Source of the DNA: Podospora anserina
Taxonomy: Eukaryota
Direction of reading: 5' to 3'
Length of the DNA stretch: 64,000 nucleotides
Assembly (NCBI GenBank): GCA_017654855.1
Contig: CM030335.1
Location: 2,232,001 to 2,296,000, forward strand
Of the stretch, positions 1 to 13,100 are shown one piece after another (within the stretch, counting starts at the first letter, position 1; each line of letters opens with the position of its first letter). Under the pieces are notes generated by a model that had not been told where the DNA came from, did not search any database, and worked only from the letters and a program-made list of their open reading frames with translations. A program made the translations under genes and the position numbers.

Positions 1-753
1 GGTGGTGATGCCGAGCAGCATCACAATGCTGGCAGCTGTCCAGCAAATCAGACCTAGCAAAACTGAGGTGAGAGACCTGGAGTTTGTCTTCGCAGCACCG
101 CCACTCGAGTAGGCCTTCTGGATCAGAAGAACAATGATGATAGCATCCAAAGCCAACACAGCAACGCCGACAGGGAGAGCCGAGGTCGTCGCGAGGCAAT
201 AGTCGTCGGTCTGAGGTCGAGCGAAGCCGACAAACACGGCACCGGCGAGGAACCGGGCCAAAACGAGAATCTGGGGTAGCAACTGCACCACCGAAAGCTT
301 GCCCCCCTTGTTAGAATTCAAAGCCCACAGCAAGAACTGTTCGATCGAGAACCTCGCCAACTGGTCGAAAATAGAAGCGAAAATAACACCGATTTGACAT
401 GGCATCGATGAGCCTGTGGTATCGATGAGCGTCGTAACAAAATCGATGGCAGCCCATAGGGCCGAAGAAATAAGAAATAATACGAGGACCAGCCTCTGGC
501 TGTCGCGGAATACCGCAGCACCATGGCCGTTGATGTAAAGAACGAGAGCCGCCGAGGCAGCATAGACCACGCTTCCGCTATACCAGTATGTTAGCTAACC
601 TCCTTCACGATGTCCATCCTCATCCTCCGTCTTCTTCACCACCGCCCCCAACAGACAACACCTCGACTCGGGATAGGACACATAGAGTGGCGAGAGAACT
701 GACAAGGTAAAGGCCCCAATGAGGGCCTGCGTGGTGGTACCGTTGTTCGCCAT
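1..753 (-). CDS. Hypothetical multi-pass membrane protein, 5' part; runs off the window start
   Basis: ATG at 753. Intron 703-578 (GTCAGT...GCTAAC...TAG). Spliced frame MANNGTTTQALIGAFTFGSVVYAASAALVLYING...FRDSQRLVLVLFLISSALWAAIDF...FDQLARFSIEQFLLW stays open to base 1 and has several hydrophobic helices. Not in the ORF track. Confidence 0.8.
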
Positions 754-3138
754 GATGGACGATGATTAGCAGTATAAACGAGACAGAACGAGTACAGAGA
801 GAAACTCAAAAGGCCCAATCAATGGGGGGCAAAAGTATTAAGGTAAGAATAGAATAGAATGTTAGTTGAATGAGCGTCTCATAGTGATCGTTTCCCGCAC
901 GTCACGGCGTTGATGTTGTGAATAGTGTCAATGACAGGCAGACATGTCAGGGCCCATGCCGTGTCGTGCCAAACAAACAGAAGGAGAGCAAAAGGCAAAG
1001 GAAAAGAGAAAAGAGAGGCGGTTCTCGAAGGGAGTCCCGGCCGGGGCTGCTGGTGCAACGCTTGACGGTCAACGCCCCCGGATCAGCTGGGTTCCTCACG
1101 GGGTGGGATGGCGGACATGGGACAGTGGAGAAGGGGTTGATGAGAGGAGGTAGCAGAGAGGCTGCCAAGGCAGAGCTTGTCGCGCTTGTTACAGAGCCCC
1201 CCTAATCGCCATCCAGTCAAGGCCCGCGGCGAAAAGTTCCGTCTGGACTTCGCTTGCAAAATCGTTTCCTCTGGTAAACGGGAGCTAAGCCCAGTCTCGC
1301 CATCTGTTGTTCATGCTGGCGCGAGGCATGGGCAGGCATTGGACGAGAGGCGAGGCTGACAAGGCCAATGCTCGGCGGTTGCATCGTAACCCCGTCCTTG
1401 GTGTTTCACTTGAAACCTGAGATGTCGCATCTCGCACAGACTCATTGCAGAAACTTCAGCATCTGGCAGTAGCGATAAAAAAAGAGTAAAAAGAGGGGAG
1501 ACCCTGTCGTCGTCGCTTCTTTTCTCCTGAGCTTGGGATGCCCAGTCTGTCGTCCCGAACGGGCTGTCCGTGTGCCCAAGCAGCTGGGAGGAGGATGCCA
1601 GTTGGATGGGCAGACGCTGTGACTCGTGACGAGGATAGCTAACTGTAAAAGGGCGGCGAAACAGCCATCAGGCGCTGGATGATGTGACGATGTGTGTGTC
1701 TGTCTATGAGCGTTGATAGGATAATTGCTTCGTCATCGCCCGCGGCCGAGTTGGTGGGAATGGAACACATTTGCAACGCGCCCTGGGGTTGGTCTTTGTT
1801 TGGAGTGATATGCTGTGTATCTCCAGAATCCATCCGAAGGCCTACTCAAAGGCTCATGTATAAGACTGAGGTGAGCCTTCTGGTGCACGATGTTGGACGC
1901 GTCTAAGCAGCGGGACCACCCCTCCCGGTCGTTAACAGAGAGCTTATCGAAGCAGTGCACGGACCTTCTGCTGCTTGCACTGATAAGGAAGCTGTGGATA
2001 ACTGATAAGCTTCACTATCTCTTGACATCCAAGTCAACAACATCCTAAGGCTTTAGAACTTGAACTTTTCGCCTTGCAATTCGATCAGTGTTATTCATTA
2101 ATCTCAGTATACAGCTTCCAAGGATTATTCTCAGTCACCAAGCATTTAACCCACAACTTATCATTTAGTCACCGGCCGCCTGCCGTTCAAGGCCAAGGTG
2201 TTCCAATAGCCTCAAGATGGAGTGTGTCATGATTTAACCGCTCTTGCCTGGCACGAGATTCATTCGCCGACGAGATCTAAAACATGAACACATCAAGGTC
2301 ACAACAGCCGCGTACAGTTATCAGCCTTGACTACGTCTTTTAACGTAACGAAACAGCAACCCTCACACAGTGTCCCTCGTAGTCCTGTCATGAGTGAGGG
2401 GTAACAATGAGGGGTTGAGGCTCCAAGTCGTAGCTATCTGGAATACCTACTTCGTAAAAGGAGGTGACCCGAGTAAACTACAAGGCTTATTTCATCCCGA
2501 GTCTCATTTTGTCGACGATCCAACGGCCCGGACCGGTAGGCCAATCCGATGACCTGTATGCCGACGGCAAAGTCATGACAAAGGCGCAATTCTGGCCGCA
2601 TATCCCACCACCGCCTCGCAGTCATCAGAAAGGCGTACCGATATGTAGGCCAGCCCCATCGGCATCTCAACGCCGTGTTCTCGGAAAGCAGCGGTCCACG
2701 GAGCAGCCGATGGCTCCCGAGGAGGGGTTCGCATCCGGGACCAATCATTTTATCGCCATTTCCAGTTCCTACATCTCCATGAATGCTGTTATCTCATGCT
2801 TGAAGATAAAATATATACCCACAACAAATACATCTTGAGCCGCTGTGTCATTTGCTTAGTATTTACCTGTCTCGGTGATGCTAACCGTCCGTGTTAGTCT
2901 CGAGGTAACCGAGTTGGCATCAGACCAACAAATCTCGTATCACATCTACACATCACCAACACCGACAGGGATAAATGACTGTATTCCGTGACTCATTGTA
3001 ACCACACGTCTGTCTCATAAGCATTAGGATCACGTATAAGACTCTCGTCATCCTCTCCTACTCACGAGCCTGTTTATACACATCCCAATCATCTCACAAC
3101 CCCTCGCCTCCCTCAAGGTCCCTCACACCACCGCCAAC

Positions 3139-4010
3139 ATGCCTCGTCAAGACCTCGAATACCCAAAAGAAGCTCACAACACCGTGAAGCGCTACAACCA
3201 CCTAGGTCAGTTTCCCCCCCCCCTTTTTTTTTTTCCCCTCCAACCAACACCAACAAACTAACCATCCCCCCAGCTGAATACTCCCTCCGAACAATCCACT
3301 CCATAATCAACTCCACCCCCCTCCTCCACATCTCCTTCAACACCCCCAACACCCCCTACCCAGCCACAATCCCCATGATCGGCCAAATGGGCTCCTTCGA
3401 CCGCCCCTCAGCCGACCTAGGCGACGTCCTAGACCTCTACATCCACGGCTACATCTCGGCCCGCCTCACCAACCTCACCCGCACACCCTCGGGCCTCCCC
3501 ATCACCGTCTCCGCCTCCACAGTCGACGGCCTCCTCCTCTCCCTCACCCCCTTCTCCCACGGGTACAACTTCCGCTCCGCCGTCCTGTTTGGACACGCCA
3601 CCGTCGTGACAGACCCGGCAGAGAAGCTTTACGCAATGGAGCTCATCACGAATAAGGTGGTTCCAAACCGGTGGAATGAGGCCCGGACACCGCCGACGGC
3701 CGGCGAGATGGCTGCCACGGCGGTGATGAAAGTCAAGATTGATACCGGCAGCGCCAAGGTGAGGACCGGGCCGCCGAAAGATGACAAGGGTGATTTGGAG
3801 AATGAGGAGGTGAGGGAGAAGGTGTGGGTTGGGACGGTGCCGGTGTACACTGTGCTTGGGGAGCCAAAGGTGGCAGAGTATAATCTGGCAGAGGAGGTGC
3901 CAAAGACGTTGGTGGAGTGGAGGAAAGAGGTGAACCAAGACGCAAAGGAGTATGCTGAGCTCGCAGCGGTGAAAAGCTTGGCTCCAGAGAAGAAGCAGGA
4001 TGATAACTGA
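3139..4010 (+). CDS. Pyridoxamine 5'-phosphate oxidase-like / NimA-like flavin-nucleotide-binding protein
   Basis: ATG 3139, intron 3206-3273 (GTCAGT...CTAAC...CAG). Motifs LYIHG, HGYNFRSAVLFG, SAKVRTGPP and VWVGTVP are typical of this split-barrel FMN-binding family. Confidence 0.85.
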
Positions 4011-4226
4011 GCTGTGGTGAAAAATGGAAAAGTTTTATGCTTGTTTATGAGTCAAGGAAGTATTTGGTGATGAAAAAGAGAAGGAACTCCTGAGCTTCCG
4101 GTATCCCTGTATGCCAACACAATGAAGCGTGAATAAACAACATTCAAACAACCCACCCAATGATACACCTCTCAAATGCACCCCTCCATCAAAAGTGACC
4201 ACCTCTAAACCCCTCTAACCCCCGAT

Positions 4227-6024
4227 CTATTCCCCATCATCCTTCCCAAGCAACACCAAATTCGCCACATTCATCACCGTAATAATCAACCAAACCAACA
4301 CCCCAAACCCCGTGATCCACCAACTATTCCCCATCCTCACCACCCCCCCCTCCCCCTGCCCACCTCCCCTCCTCAAGAACCTCCTCAGCCGGCCCTTAAC
4401 CCCCTCCTCCTCCTCCTCCCCCTCCCCAGCAACCTCACCCCCCTCCCCCCCAAAATGCCCCCCAAACCTCGCCATCCCCGGCCTGACCATCATATACCTA
4501 TCCCTCCCCGTAAAATAAATCAACGGCGCCGTAATAAAAGGCAAAACCACACTCAGCGCCACCTGGCTCCCATTCAACGCAGCATCCAACCCCTCCCTCC
4601 CCACCGCCGCCGCGATGACAATACTAGGCACAACACTGATCCCCCTCGTCACCAACCTCCTCAACCAAGGCCTCATCCTCCACCTCAACGCCCCCTCGCT
4701 AACCATCTGACCAGCTATAGTACAAACGATCCCGGCACTCACCCCCGAAAACAACAACGCCAACGCAAAAACCGTCCCCGCCACCGGCGCGATGCTCCTA
4801 GACAACAAATCATGTATCCCAAACAAATCCGCATCCACCGCCTCCCCATACAACGCCGCCCCAGCCACAATCAAAATAGCGCTATTCACAAAAAGCGCAA
4901 AACTAAACAGTGCCAGCGCCAGCTCCGCAACAGAGTACTTCATCGAGTGTCGAATCGCCTCAAGGCTGGGTATATACCCCTTCAACCCATCCTCCTCTTC
5001 CCTTTCCCCCTCCCCCGTTGCCGGCACCAACCCCATCCTCTTGTCAAACTCCCACAACCTAGCCTGCACAACCCCACTCCCCAAATACAAACTATGCGGC
5101 ATCACCGTCGCCCCCAAGATCCCACAAGCCTGATACATCGCCCTCCTCTCCACCAGCTCCCTTGACGGTACATACCCCCTGAACACCTCCCCCACCTCCA
5201 CCCCCTTGACCATTCCCAACTGCAAACAAAAACACACCACCACCGCCACCACCAGCCCCACGACGAAATACTCAAACGTTCTCAGCCCCCTCATCCCCTT
5301 TTCCGGTGCGTACCAAATCAGTATAAGCAACACCTCTGTTATGCTAAGCGCACACCCCGCCACGAGGGGGATTTGCGGAATCAATAAATTGATCGCTATA
5401 GCTGTCCCGATAACCTCGGCGATGTCGGTGGCAATGATTGCGCCTTCGGCGAGGAGGTAGAGGGGTATGTTTAACCACCACGGCAAAAAGGCCCGGCAGG
5501 CCTCGGCTAGGTTGAGGCCGGAGACGGTGCCGAGTTTGATGGAGAGGGCTTGGAGGAATATGGCAAAGATGTTGCTGAGCAAGACGATGAAGAGGAGCTT
5601 GAACTGGTAGGAGGAGCCGGCTGCGATGTCGGTTGCGTAGTTGCCTGGGTCGACTACATTCCGGGGTTGTTAACATGCTGAAGAAACGGAAAGGGGGACG
5701 GGGCTTACTATAAGCAACAGCAACCATGAACCCTGGGCCGACAAACTTTGCAAAGGTAACAACCGTTTTTTTGAGGTTGGACATTTTGGACTTGAAAGAG
5801 GAGGAGGTTGTTGTTATTGTTGTTGGTGGTGAGGGGGATGGCGGGGGCGCGGTGCAAAGGCGCTGGTGGAGGGAGCGGATTAGGGGTAGGGCGTCGCCTT
5901 CGGGGTTGGGGAGGGTCGTTTTGCTGGTGTTATTGGGGGTAGGGTCGTCTGCGGTGCTGATGACTGGGGTAGAGACAGCCGGGCTTCCGCCTCCGGGGTC
6001 ATCGGGAACGGCGGTGCTGGCCAT
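4227..6024 (-). CDS. smf1: NRAMP-family divalent metal (Mn/Fe) transporter, SMF1/SMF2-like
   Basis: FVGPGFMVAVAY|IDPGNY across an intron (~5707-5655), plus ATDIAEVIG, GATVMPHSLYLGS and AGQMVSEG motifs. CACAATG start context. Confidence 0.93.
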
Positions 6025-7012
6025 TGTGGTCTATCTCTGTTCTGTGCGAGATTGCTGTCGTGGGATGATGGTTCGTGATGGCAGCTACTATCGTCCAAGT
6101 TCGTCGTCGGCGTTCGCGATGTCGCACTCGACGATTGTACAGCGTCAAAGGCAGCAGACAAAAAGCGCACCTTCCTGATGTTCCAGTCAAAAAGATCACG
6201 AGAAGGGACGAAAATCAAGAGCAAGGCGGACACCCGCTCACCCAACCGCGGAGTTTTCCCCGAGCCACTCAAACCCCTCGCTATTTTCCCCAAACAGAGA
6301 AGGGACGACTGAGTACACTCGGATAGGTGTGCAACATGCGGCTCTCGCTCATCAGACTTCCGGATTCGGAGCTAGAAGACGAAAGTCAAGCCTGCAACAG
6401 TCAGCCACAGCCACCAGATGGGGATCAAGAAACAAATTGTCACCTGGGGAAGCCTCCAAAATGATGCCGTCATGCCCCAAAGCTAACGATTTAGCAGACA
6501 TGTCCAACTGCAGTGTCGTCAACAGGGTCCGTGTAGCGCAAACCTTGTGTCCTGTGATGCTGCTGTGTCTGAGGCCCTGCATATGTCGGACATTTCCCGG
6601 CATAGAATGGTTGAGAGACCAAAAAGATATGGGCAAATAGATCATGTTCAATCTATCTGAATATCTAACTTGTCTGGTTTGGTTTCGTTGGGCCAGTTGA
6701 TGACCAGCGACATCGGGCCGGCCCTCCTCGTAGGTAAGTAACCCTCGGAATGGCCGGTCCTCTGTCGGGTGCTCCTGCACCACAACCACCATCGTTGAGG
6801 GGAGAGATCCCTTATCCATATCATTTCTGCCAAATAACCTGGCATCAAATAATTCCTGCTCGCTGGGCCGCAAGGGCCGTCTGCAAAATGCGTCATCAAA
6901 AGCGTCGAGAATGCAGACGGCGTGCCCTGCCGGCTGTCGGATCTGTTCCGAAGCCCAGCGCTTCTCCCGCGTCTAGTACACCTGGGCTGCTTCCGCCGTG
7001 GCAGCAGCAAGC

Positions 7013-7782
7013 TTAGAGCTCCTTCTTCTCCTCGTAGCCACCGGCCTTGGCCCTCTCGCGCTCGCGCTTGGCATAGATGCCGGAGGTGAAGGGGTTCTCG
7101 AACTGGATGGCGATAATGTAGACGATGAGGACGTGGAGAGTCAGAAGGATACCGGCGGGCTTTCCGTAGAGCAGAGCGCTGCCGAGGAAGCTCATGGTGG
7201 AACCGTAGTACATGGGGGCGCTGGTGATGTTGAAGGGGAAGCCGGTGACCATCTTGTCCATCAAGATGCCAAAGTAGTCACCCAGGAAGGTGCCAGTGAT
7301 GCCAAGCTGCCATGTCGAAGAGATAACCAAGATGTTTCCAAGAGCCAAGAGAGCGTAGGCAGCGTAGGTGACATTCTCGCCCTCGAGGGCGGGGTGCGAT
7401 GGCTGGTCACGGAGGGCACGCTCGTAGAGGAAGTCGCGGACGAGGCCGAGAGAGAAGATGGTGGCGGCGAGAGCGTAGCATCCTTTTTGGGCGCTGCCAA
7501 AGGCACGAGTGATGAAGTGGTCACGGTACTCCTTGCGAGCAACGATGCTGTTCGGAGTTGAGCTGTTAGCAGCAGTCGGATGACGTTGGATCCCAAGGGA
7601 GGAGAGAGCTCACTTCCAGAAGGTAGGGTTGAAGGCAATGGCAGCAGCAGAGACTATCGCAGCGGTCAGAGATGATCGTCCGGCATAGCTATTGGGCACA
7701 AGCGCATGAACATACTGAAGAAGCTGCGCTGGTTGAAGTCAACGTAGTCGACGAACCCGGTGAGAAGCTGAGGGATAGACAT
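7013..7782 (-). CDS. opi3: Phosphatidyl-N-methylethanolamine N-methyltransferase (PEMT family)
   Basis: Two canonical introns (~7715-7654 and ~7613-7550). Motifs FNPTFWNIVAR, LGITGTFLGDYFGILM, GFPFN, PMYYGST and ENPFT. Confidence 0.93.
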
Positions 7783-8270
7783 GATGGGCAGATCTGGCAG
7801 TGGTATTCTCAACAAGATGGAATTTGCAGAGGGAAAAGAACAAGTAAAAAGAAGCTTGTGATCACGAGCGGCACAGATCACAGGTGGATGTGGATGGACG
7901 CGGGCAGAAAGAAGCTACCCGGGCTGTCCCCGTTAAAAAATTGTGTGATGCTGTTTGCTCCACAAAAACTTCTCAAAGCGTCATCGTCCCCCCCACACTC
8001 TTCCCCGCGGCAGGCAAACGCTCAAATGACAGGGGTAGCTACAGCGGTCCGACCCCGCTGTTCCCAACCTGGCGCGGCGGGACCAAGAGCTCCTTGATGT
8101 CGCATCTCAAAACCAACCACCAGCCAATCATTCCAAGTCTTGGACATAAATGAGACCAGATTGCGCTTCACTCATCGATTGAACATCATGGAATAACCTC
8201 ACTCGTTCTTTTTTCTCGTCTTGTCTTTGTTTACTGTTGTGCTTCGATGAGACCTTGATGACCACAAGCC

Positions 8271-10199
8271 ATGGCGCCTAAACAACGTAAACCCACCCCA
8301 GGGTCCTCCTCAGCTTCGGGGTCCGCCCCCGCAAAAGCCATTCCCCATATCGACCCCAACAGTTCCTTCACCCCCGAATCTTTCAAGAAGGAACTCGAGT
8401 CTCTCGCTCAAAAAGCACAGTCTGAGACGACCTTGCATTACTTGACAGAGCAATCCATCATCTATCTCAAATCAGCCGCCTTGCTCTCCCTCATTGCGCT
8501 GTACTCCACCGTCTCTCAGCTCAATCTCTCCCCAACTTACGGCTCCATTCCATCATCGAAATGGCACTCCAAGCTTATCATGGCCGGGTGTTTCGCTGGT
8601 TGGTCAACTAACCTCACTCTCAACCGGTTCTTGCCGTTCAAGCCTGAGAAGCTATTGCCCCTGCTGGCCGTTTATGTCCCCGTCGTCCAGTTCTTCTTGG
8701 GGAAGGTCAGCTCAACACTGACGGCACAATGGGGACCTTTGATCACGGAGGGACTGACGCTATTACCACTGGTGACAATCAGTGCGGCTTGTGTGGCTAC
8801 CTACCTCGAGGGTGCAGATTTGCCCGACTTCTTGCCAAGTTGGATTCGGGACGCCTTGCCAGGACTGGGCGGTTATGGGTTTTACAAGCTTTCAGAACAG
8901 ATTCTGGGCGGGTTGGCCGAGGAGCATATTGGACAGTCAGTGTTAAACACAAGAGTGGGCATGGAGCTGGCATTGGCCGGAAGTTATGCGGCTTTGGCGC
9001 CATCAAAGTTGCTGGTTTTTGCTTTGCCAGCCCTTTTGCATACGGCGCTGCTGAACACACATCTTCCTACTGGAAATGCGCTTGCGAACTTGAACAAGGG
9101 TTTGGAGAGCGTTGGTTATGTGGTTTTGGACAGGAAGGAGAGTTTGACGGGATACGTCTCGGTTGTGGACAGCCCGAAGGAGGGATACAGGGTCATGAGA
9201 TGTGATCACTCTTTGTTGGGTGGTGAGTGGGTCAAGTTCTTGAACCAGGGACAGTTCAAGGGCAACCAGGTTGCTGAGCCTATTTATGGTGTTTTTGCCA
9301 TGCTCGAGGCAGTGAGATTGGTCAAGACCCCTGAGAAGATCAAGGATCATGAGGCGAAAGCTCTCGTCATGTAAGTGATGTTGCTGTCTGTGGCTCCATG
9401 GACGGTGGAAAGCTAACATTCATCAGCGGTCTCGGCATCGGCACCACCCCCGCTGCTCTTGTGGCACATGGCATCGACACCACTGTCGTCGAAATCGATC
9501 CTGTGGTGCATGAATTTGCCCTCGAATATTTCCAGCTCCCCAAGAACCATACCGCTGTCATTGAGGATGCGGTCACTTACACCTCCCGTCTGGCAGCTGA
9601 CGAAAAAGGGCAGCGCTTCGATTACATCGTCCATGACGTCTTCACCGGTGGCGCTGAACCCATTCCCCTCTTTACTCTCGAGTTCCTCCAGAACCTGAAC
9701 GCGCTGCTCAAGCCAAACGGAGTCATTGCCATCGTACGTAACACATTCTTATTTTACTCTTGCTAACTTGCTAACACCATGGCAGAACTACGCCGGAGAC
9801 TTCGCCCTCCCCCCACCCCGCATCGTCACCAACACTATCCGCTTTGTCTTCCCCGCTTGCCGTGCCTTCCGCGAGCACCCGCGCGACATGGAGGATTTCA
9901 CCAAGAACCAGAGGGACTTCACCAACATGGTCATGTTCTGCACCAAGGATACTTCTGGAGAAGTCAAGTTCAGGCATCCTAACAACAGAGACCTGCTAAA
10001 CAGCCCGTCGAGACAAGCGTTCTTGTATCCTCAGCATGAAGTCAAAGAGGAGGACTTTGTCAAGGCTGAGGGAGAGGCTGAGGGAGTGTTGAGGGCGAAT
10101 GCTACCGAGAGATTGGTCAAGTGGCATGAAAGCAGTGCGATGGGGCACTGGGGCATCATGAGAACTGTGTTGCCGGATGCGGTTTGGGAGGAGTGGTGA
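8271..10199 (+). CDS. Membrane-anchored spermidine-synthase-like SAM-dependent methyltransferase
   Basis: Introns 9371-9426 and 9734-9785 join three ORFs. N-terminal TM helices, ESLTGYVSVV, RCDHSLLGG, SAM motif ALVIGLGIG, VEIDP and DYIVHDVFTGG. Confidence 0.88.
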
Positions 10200-13100
10200 G
10201 TGTTGGTCGAGGATATTTGTTGTAAATTCTGTGTAAAAGGGACTTGGGGAGGTAATTTCTGTTTTGTCACCGTGCTGGCTTTGGATGCTGTGCGTTTGAT
10301 CAGTTTGGCGAAGCTGAACTGAGGGGCGTTGGGGCGTTCTTCGTTTGTTGGGTATGTCGCTATCGGAACATTGTTGGATATCGTCGGTTTGAGCAATCCT
10401 TTCATGCTTGTTTATGATTCCCAACGTCTTGCCAGCGGACTGAAATATCAGCTAGCTCGCTTTGCAGCTGCTTCCCTCCTGGTCAGGAGCTATGTGGTCC
10501 CGTGTCGCCAAACCCACTACTGTTTCTCCCAGCCAGCAGCTCAGTTTCCACCTGACAAAGAGGTTTCTATCAAAGCGCCATCATTCTGCCAATTACAGCT
10601 CAGCACAAACGCTGCCACCAAACAAGTTCCAATGCCAAACTCTCATGGCACACCGTACGCTTTCACCCTGTTGCCAGCAAGCAATCAACGCTTGTTAGGA
10701 AGTGGTGACGTAAAGCAGACACCGCCAGGGCAAGAGCATATAATCCCCCAGCTGCCCCCGCTCAATCCATCCATCCACTGCATCCTGAACAGAGTTGACC
10801 AAATCAGATACCCTTCTCATCCCCTGGATTTATCGACCAATTGATCATGCTGGCTCGAAGTTTTAGATAAAATCACATCTCAACAACACAGACATCTACC
10901 TCATCCACCAGATCCCACCTCACCTTGCCTAGCCACCTCACCTCACCTTCCACCCAACAACAATTCACCTTACACGACTGGACCCCGAGCATCCGTCAAT
11001 CAGCAAAGGAGAATGGGCCAAGGAGGAGCTAGGGACAGGAGTTCAATTAGGGTGTGTTAACCCGAATGGTGCGTTACTAACCTACAAACTTTGCTAACTT
11101 GACCCTGGAATGTGTCAGAGCTCTGGTATGGAGTTGGTCTGAGAGACAGGAGGCTATCATATCATCCTTCACCTCGGCTGGACTTTATCCAGTGCAGCAG
11201 GCTCAGGATGAGGCGTCACCTAGCAGCCACAATACCGCTCCAAATCCAAGGCCATATACCTAGCCCGTCAGCTCTACATTTGAGTAGCAGTATGTGAGTC
11301 TAGCAGAGCTGTGATGAGCGCGTTGGTTGTGGTGGTTGGGGGGCTAATAATGGGTTAGGGCGGGATGCCTGGACGATTACCTACTGGCTAATGGGATGCG
11401 CCTTCGGAGCAACGCTGTGCACATCGTTGTTGGTCCTTGGCTTGAGCTATCAGACATCTTACCAACTAAACAAGCACACCGCATTCGACATCTTCAGAAT
11501 TGCAGCTCCGTCCGCAAAATTCAGGCCGCCTTTGTCTGCGTTCAACCTACCAACCAGCGTATTTGACGCCACAGTTAACACCAAACGAAGTATGGCTACC
11601 TGTATATATTGATCTTCTTCATTTTTGTTTCCACCTACTTACTCGCCAACGGAAGAGGTCTTGCTATACAGGATCGTCTCCACTGCAGAATAATGCCGCA
11701 CGAGTGTCTGCTCCGGCGACTCTGAATCTGGCAGACTTAGCCTTTACCAGGACCAGCCTCCCTCCAGTCTCTTGAATCATACACCATACACCTGTATCGT
11801 TTCAAGCGCGGTCGTGATGACTACGAAAGAAACCTCCGACAACTTGCAATTCTCATGACGACTATCTCCTCACTGGGCAAGCCCAACGGCACCACTTTTA
11901 CTTCTCGGGGATTTCACAACTTACCTTATTTCACCATCAACACACATCAGTGCCTATATAGAACCCCCTTTTTCCTATGTCAGATGGTGGCCGCACTCTG
12001 ACGGTCTCCAGTAACCACCAACATCCATACCGTCTTACCTTATCTTTCCTACCATACAAGCCAACCGCTTCCACCGATGCCACCTCTGCGGATATCCTCC
12101 ACCAAGCACCGAGTGTTCAACTTCTCCCAGCACCAAGATCTGCTTCAGGATGTCAGGTAACTACTTGAAACAGAACCATCGGGAGATGTTGTTCCCCTGG
12201 TTGAATGGGTCAACCTCCGGTCGGCAAGACATCGTCTTACCAAGAACCAGGAGGAAGTTGGATTTCTTGAGTCTGGGGCCCATTACATGCGGGTGAGACT
12301 TTTCTTTCCCATTCATTTATTCCTACCTACCTTATCTTAGTTGCCATTGCCGCTTTCCTTCAAAGAGAGAACCGGTAACAAGAGCCCGATACACAAGCTG
12401 AACAACTGGAGCAAGCACTACCTTCGCGACGTCAACCTCGGGACAGGCGTGTCATGGCAGTACGATGCACTCTGTCAGGATATGCTCCCAGGCTCAACAG
12501 GACCCTTTGGCGGAACTTTTCCAGAGTCACGGCAACTAATTTACCAACTACGTGTTTTATCGAGACACATTTCCGACAGAGGAGCTGATGGCCAAAAGAC
12601 TTCCTCTGACACGGACCTGGGGACTGATGGATAATGAGATTCTTGTTCAGTTCCGGATTCTTTTATACTTATCCTGATTTCATTTCACTTGCCTCGTTGG
12701 AGCACACTTTACTTTTGTCTTCACCCTACCTACCTACACAAAGGCATACCTGGCCGCCACATGATCATGCCCAACCTGTCAGGCCCCGCCACTTGGAACC
12801 GAAACACGAACCTGACCTACACCTACCTACCTGCAACTACAGCCTCCGCAGTGTCGTCCCCCTGAGCGTGGAAGGATAAAATGGAACCAACACAGCTACG
12901 GGGACGCAAACCCCATCCAAGAACAAACACATACAGGTACCCATGCCAGATTTGGATGAGCTTTCTCTGTCCTTCAGCCTACACATGGACATTAAGCAGT
13001 CTGCGTCTCATAACTACTTATTCTTGGACACCGAGTTCAAGATTCAAGGCGCGGGCCGCAGAGACACCTACCTGGCCTTTCATACCTACCCTGGGCATGA

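Noticed and set aside
2434-2838. Overlapping 104-aa and 124-aa ORFs
   Set aside because: Non-ATG starts, no motifs and no splice support.
4455-5165. Pro/His/Gln-rich ORFs, also 50122-51093, 51924-52847 and 60481-61284
   Set aside because: Antisense to G-rich halves of real genes; compositional artefacts.
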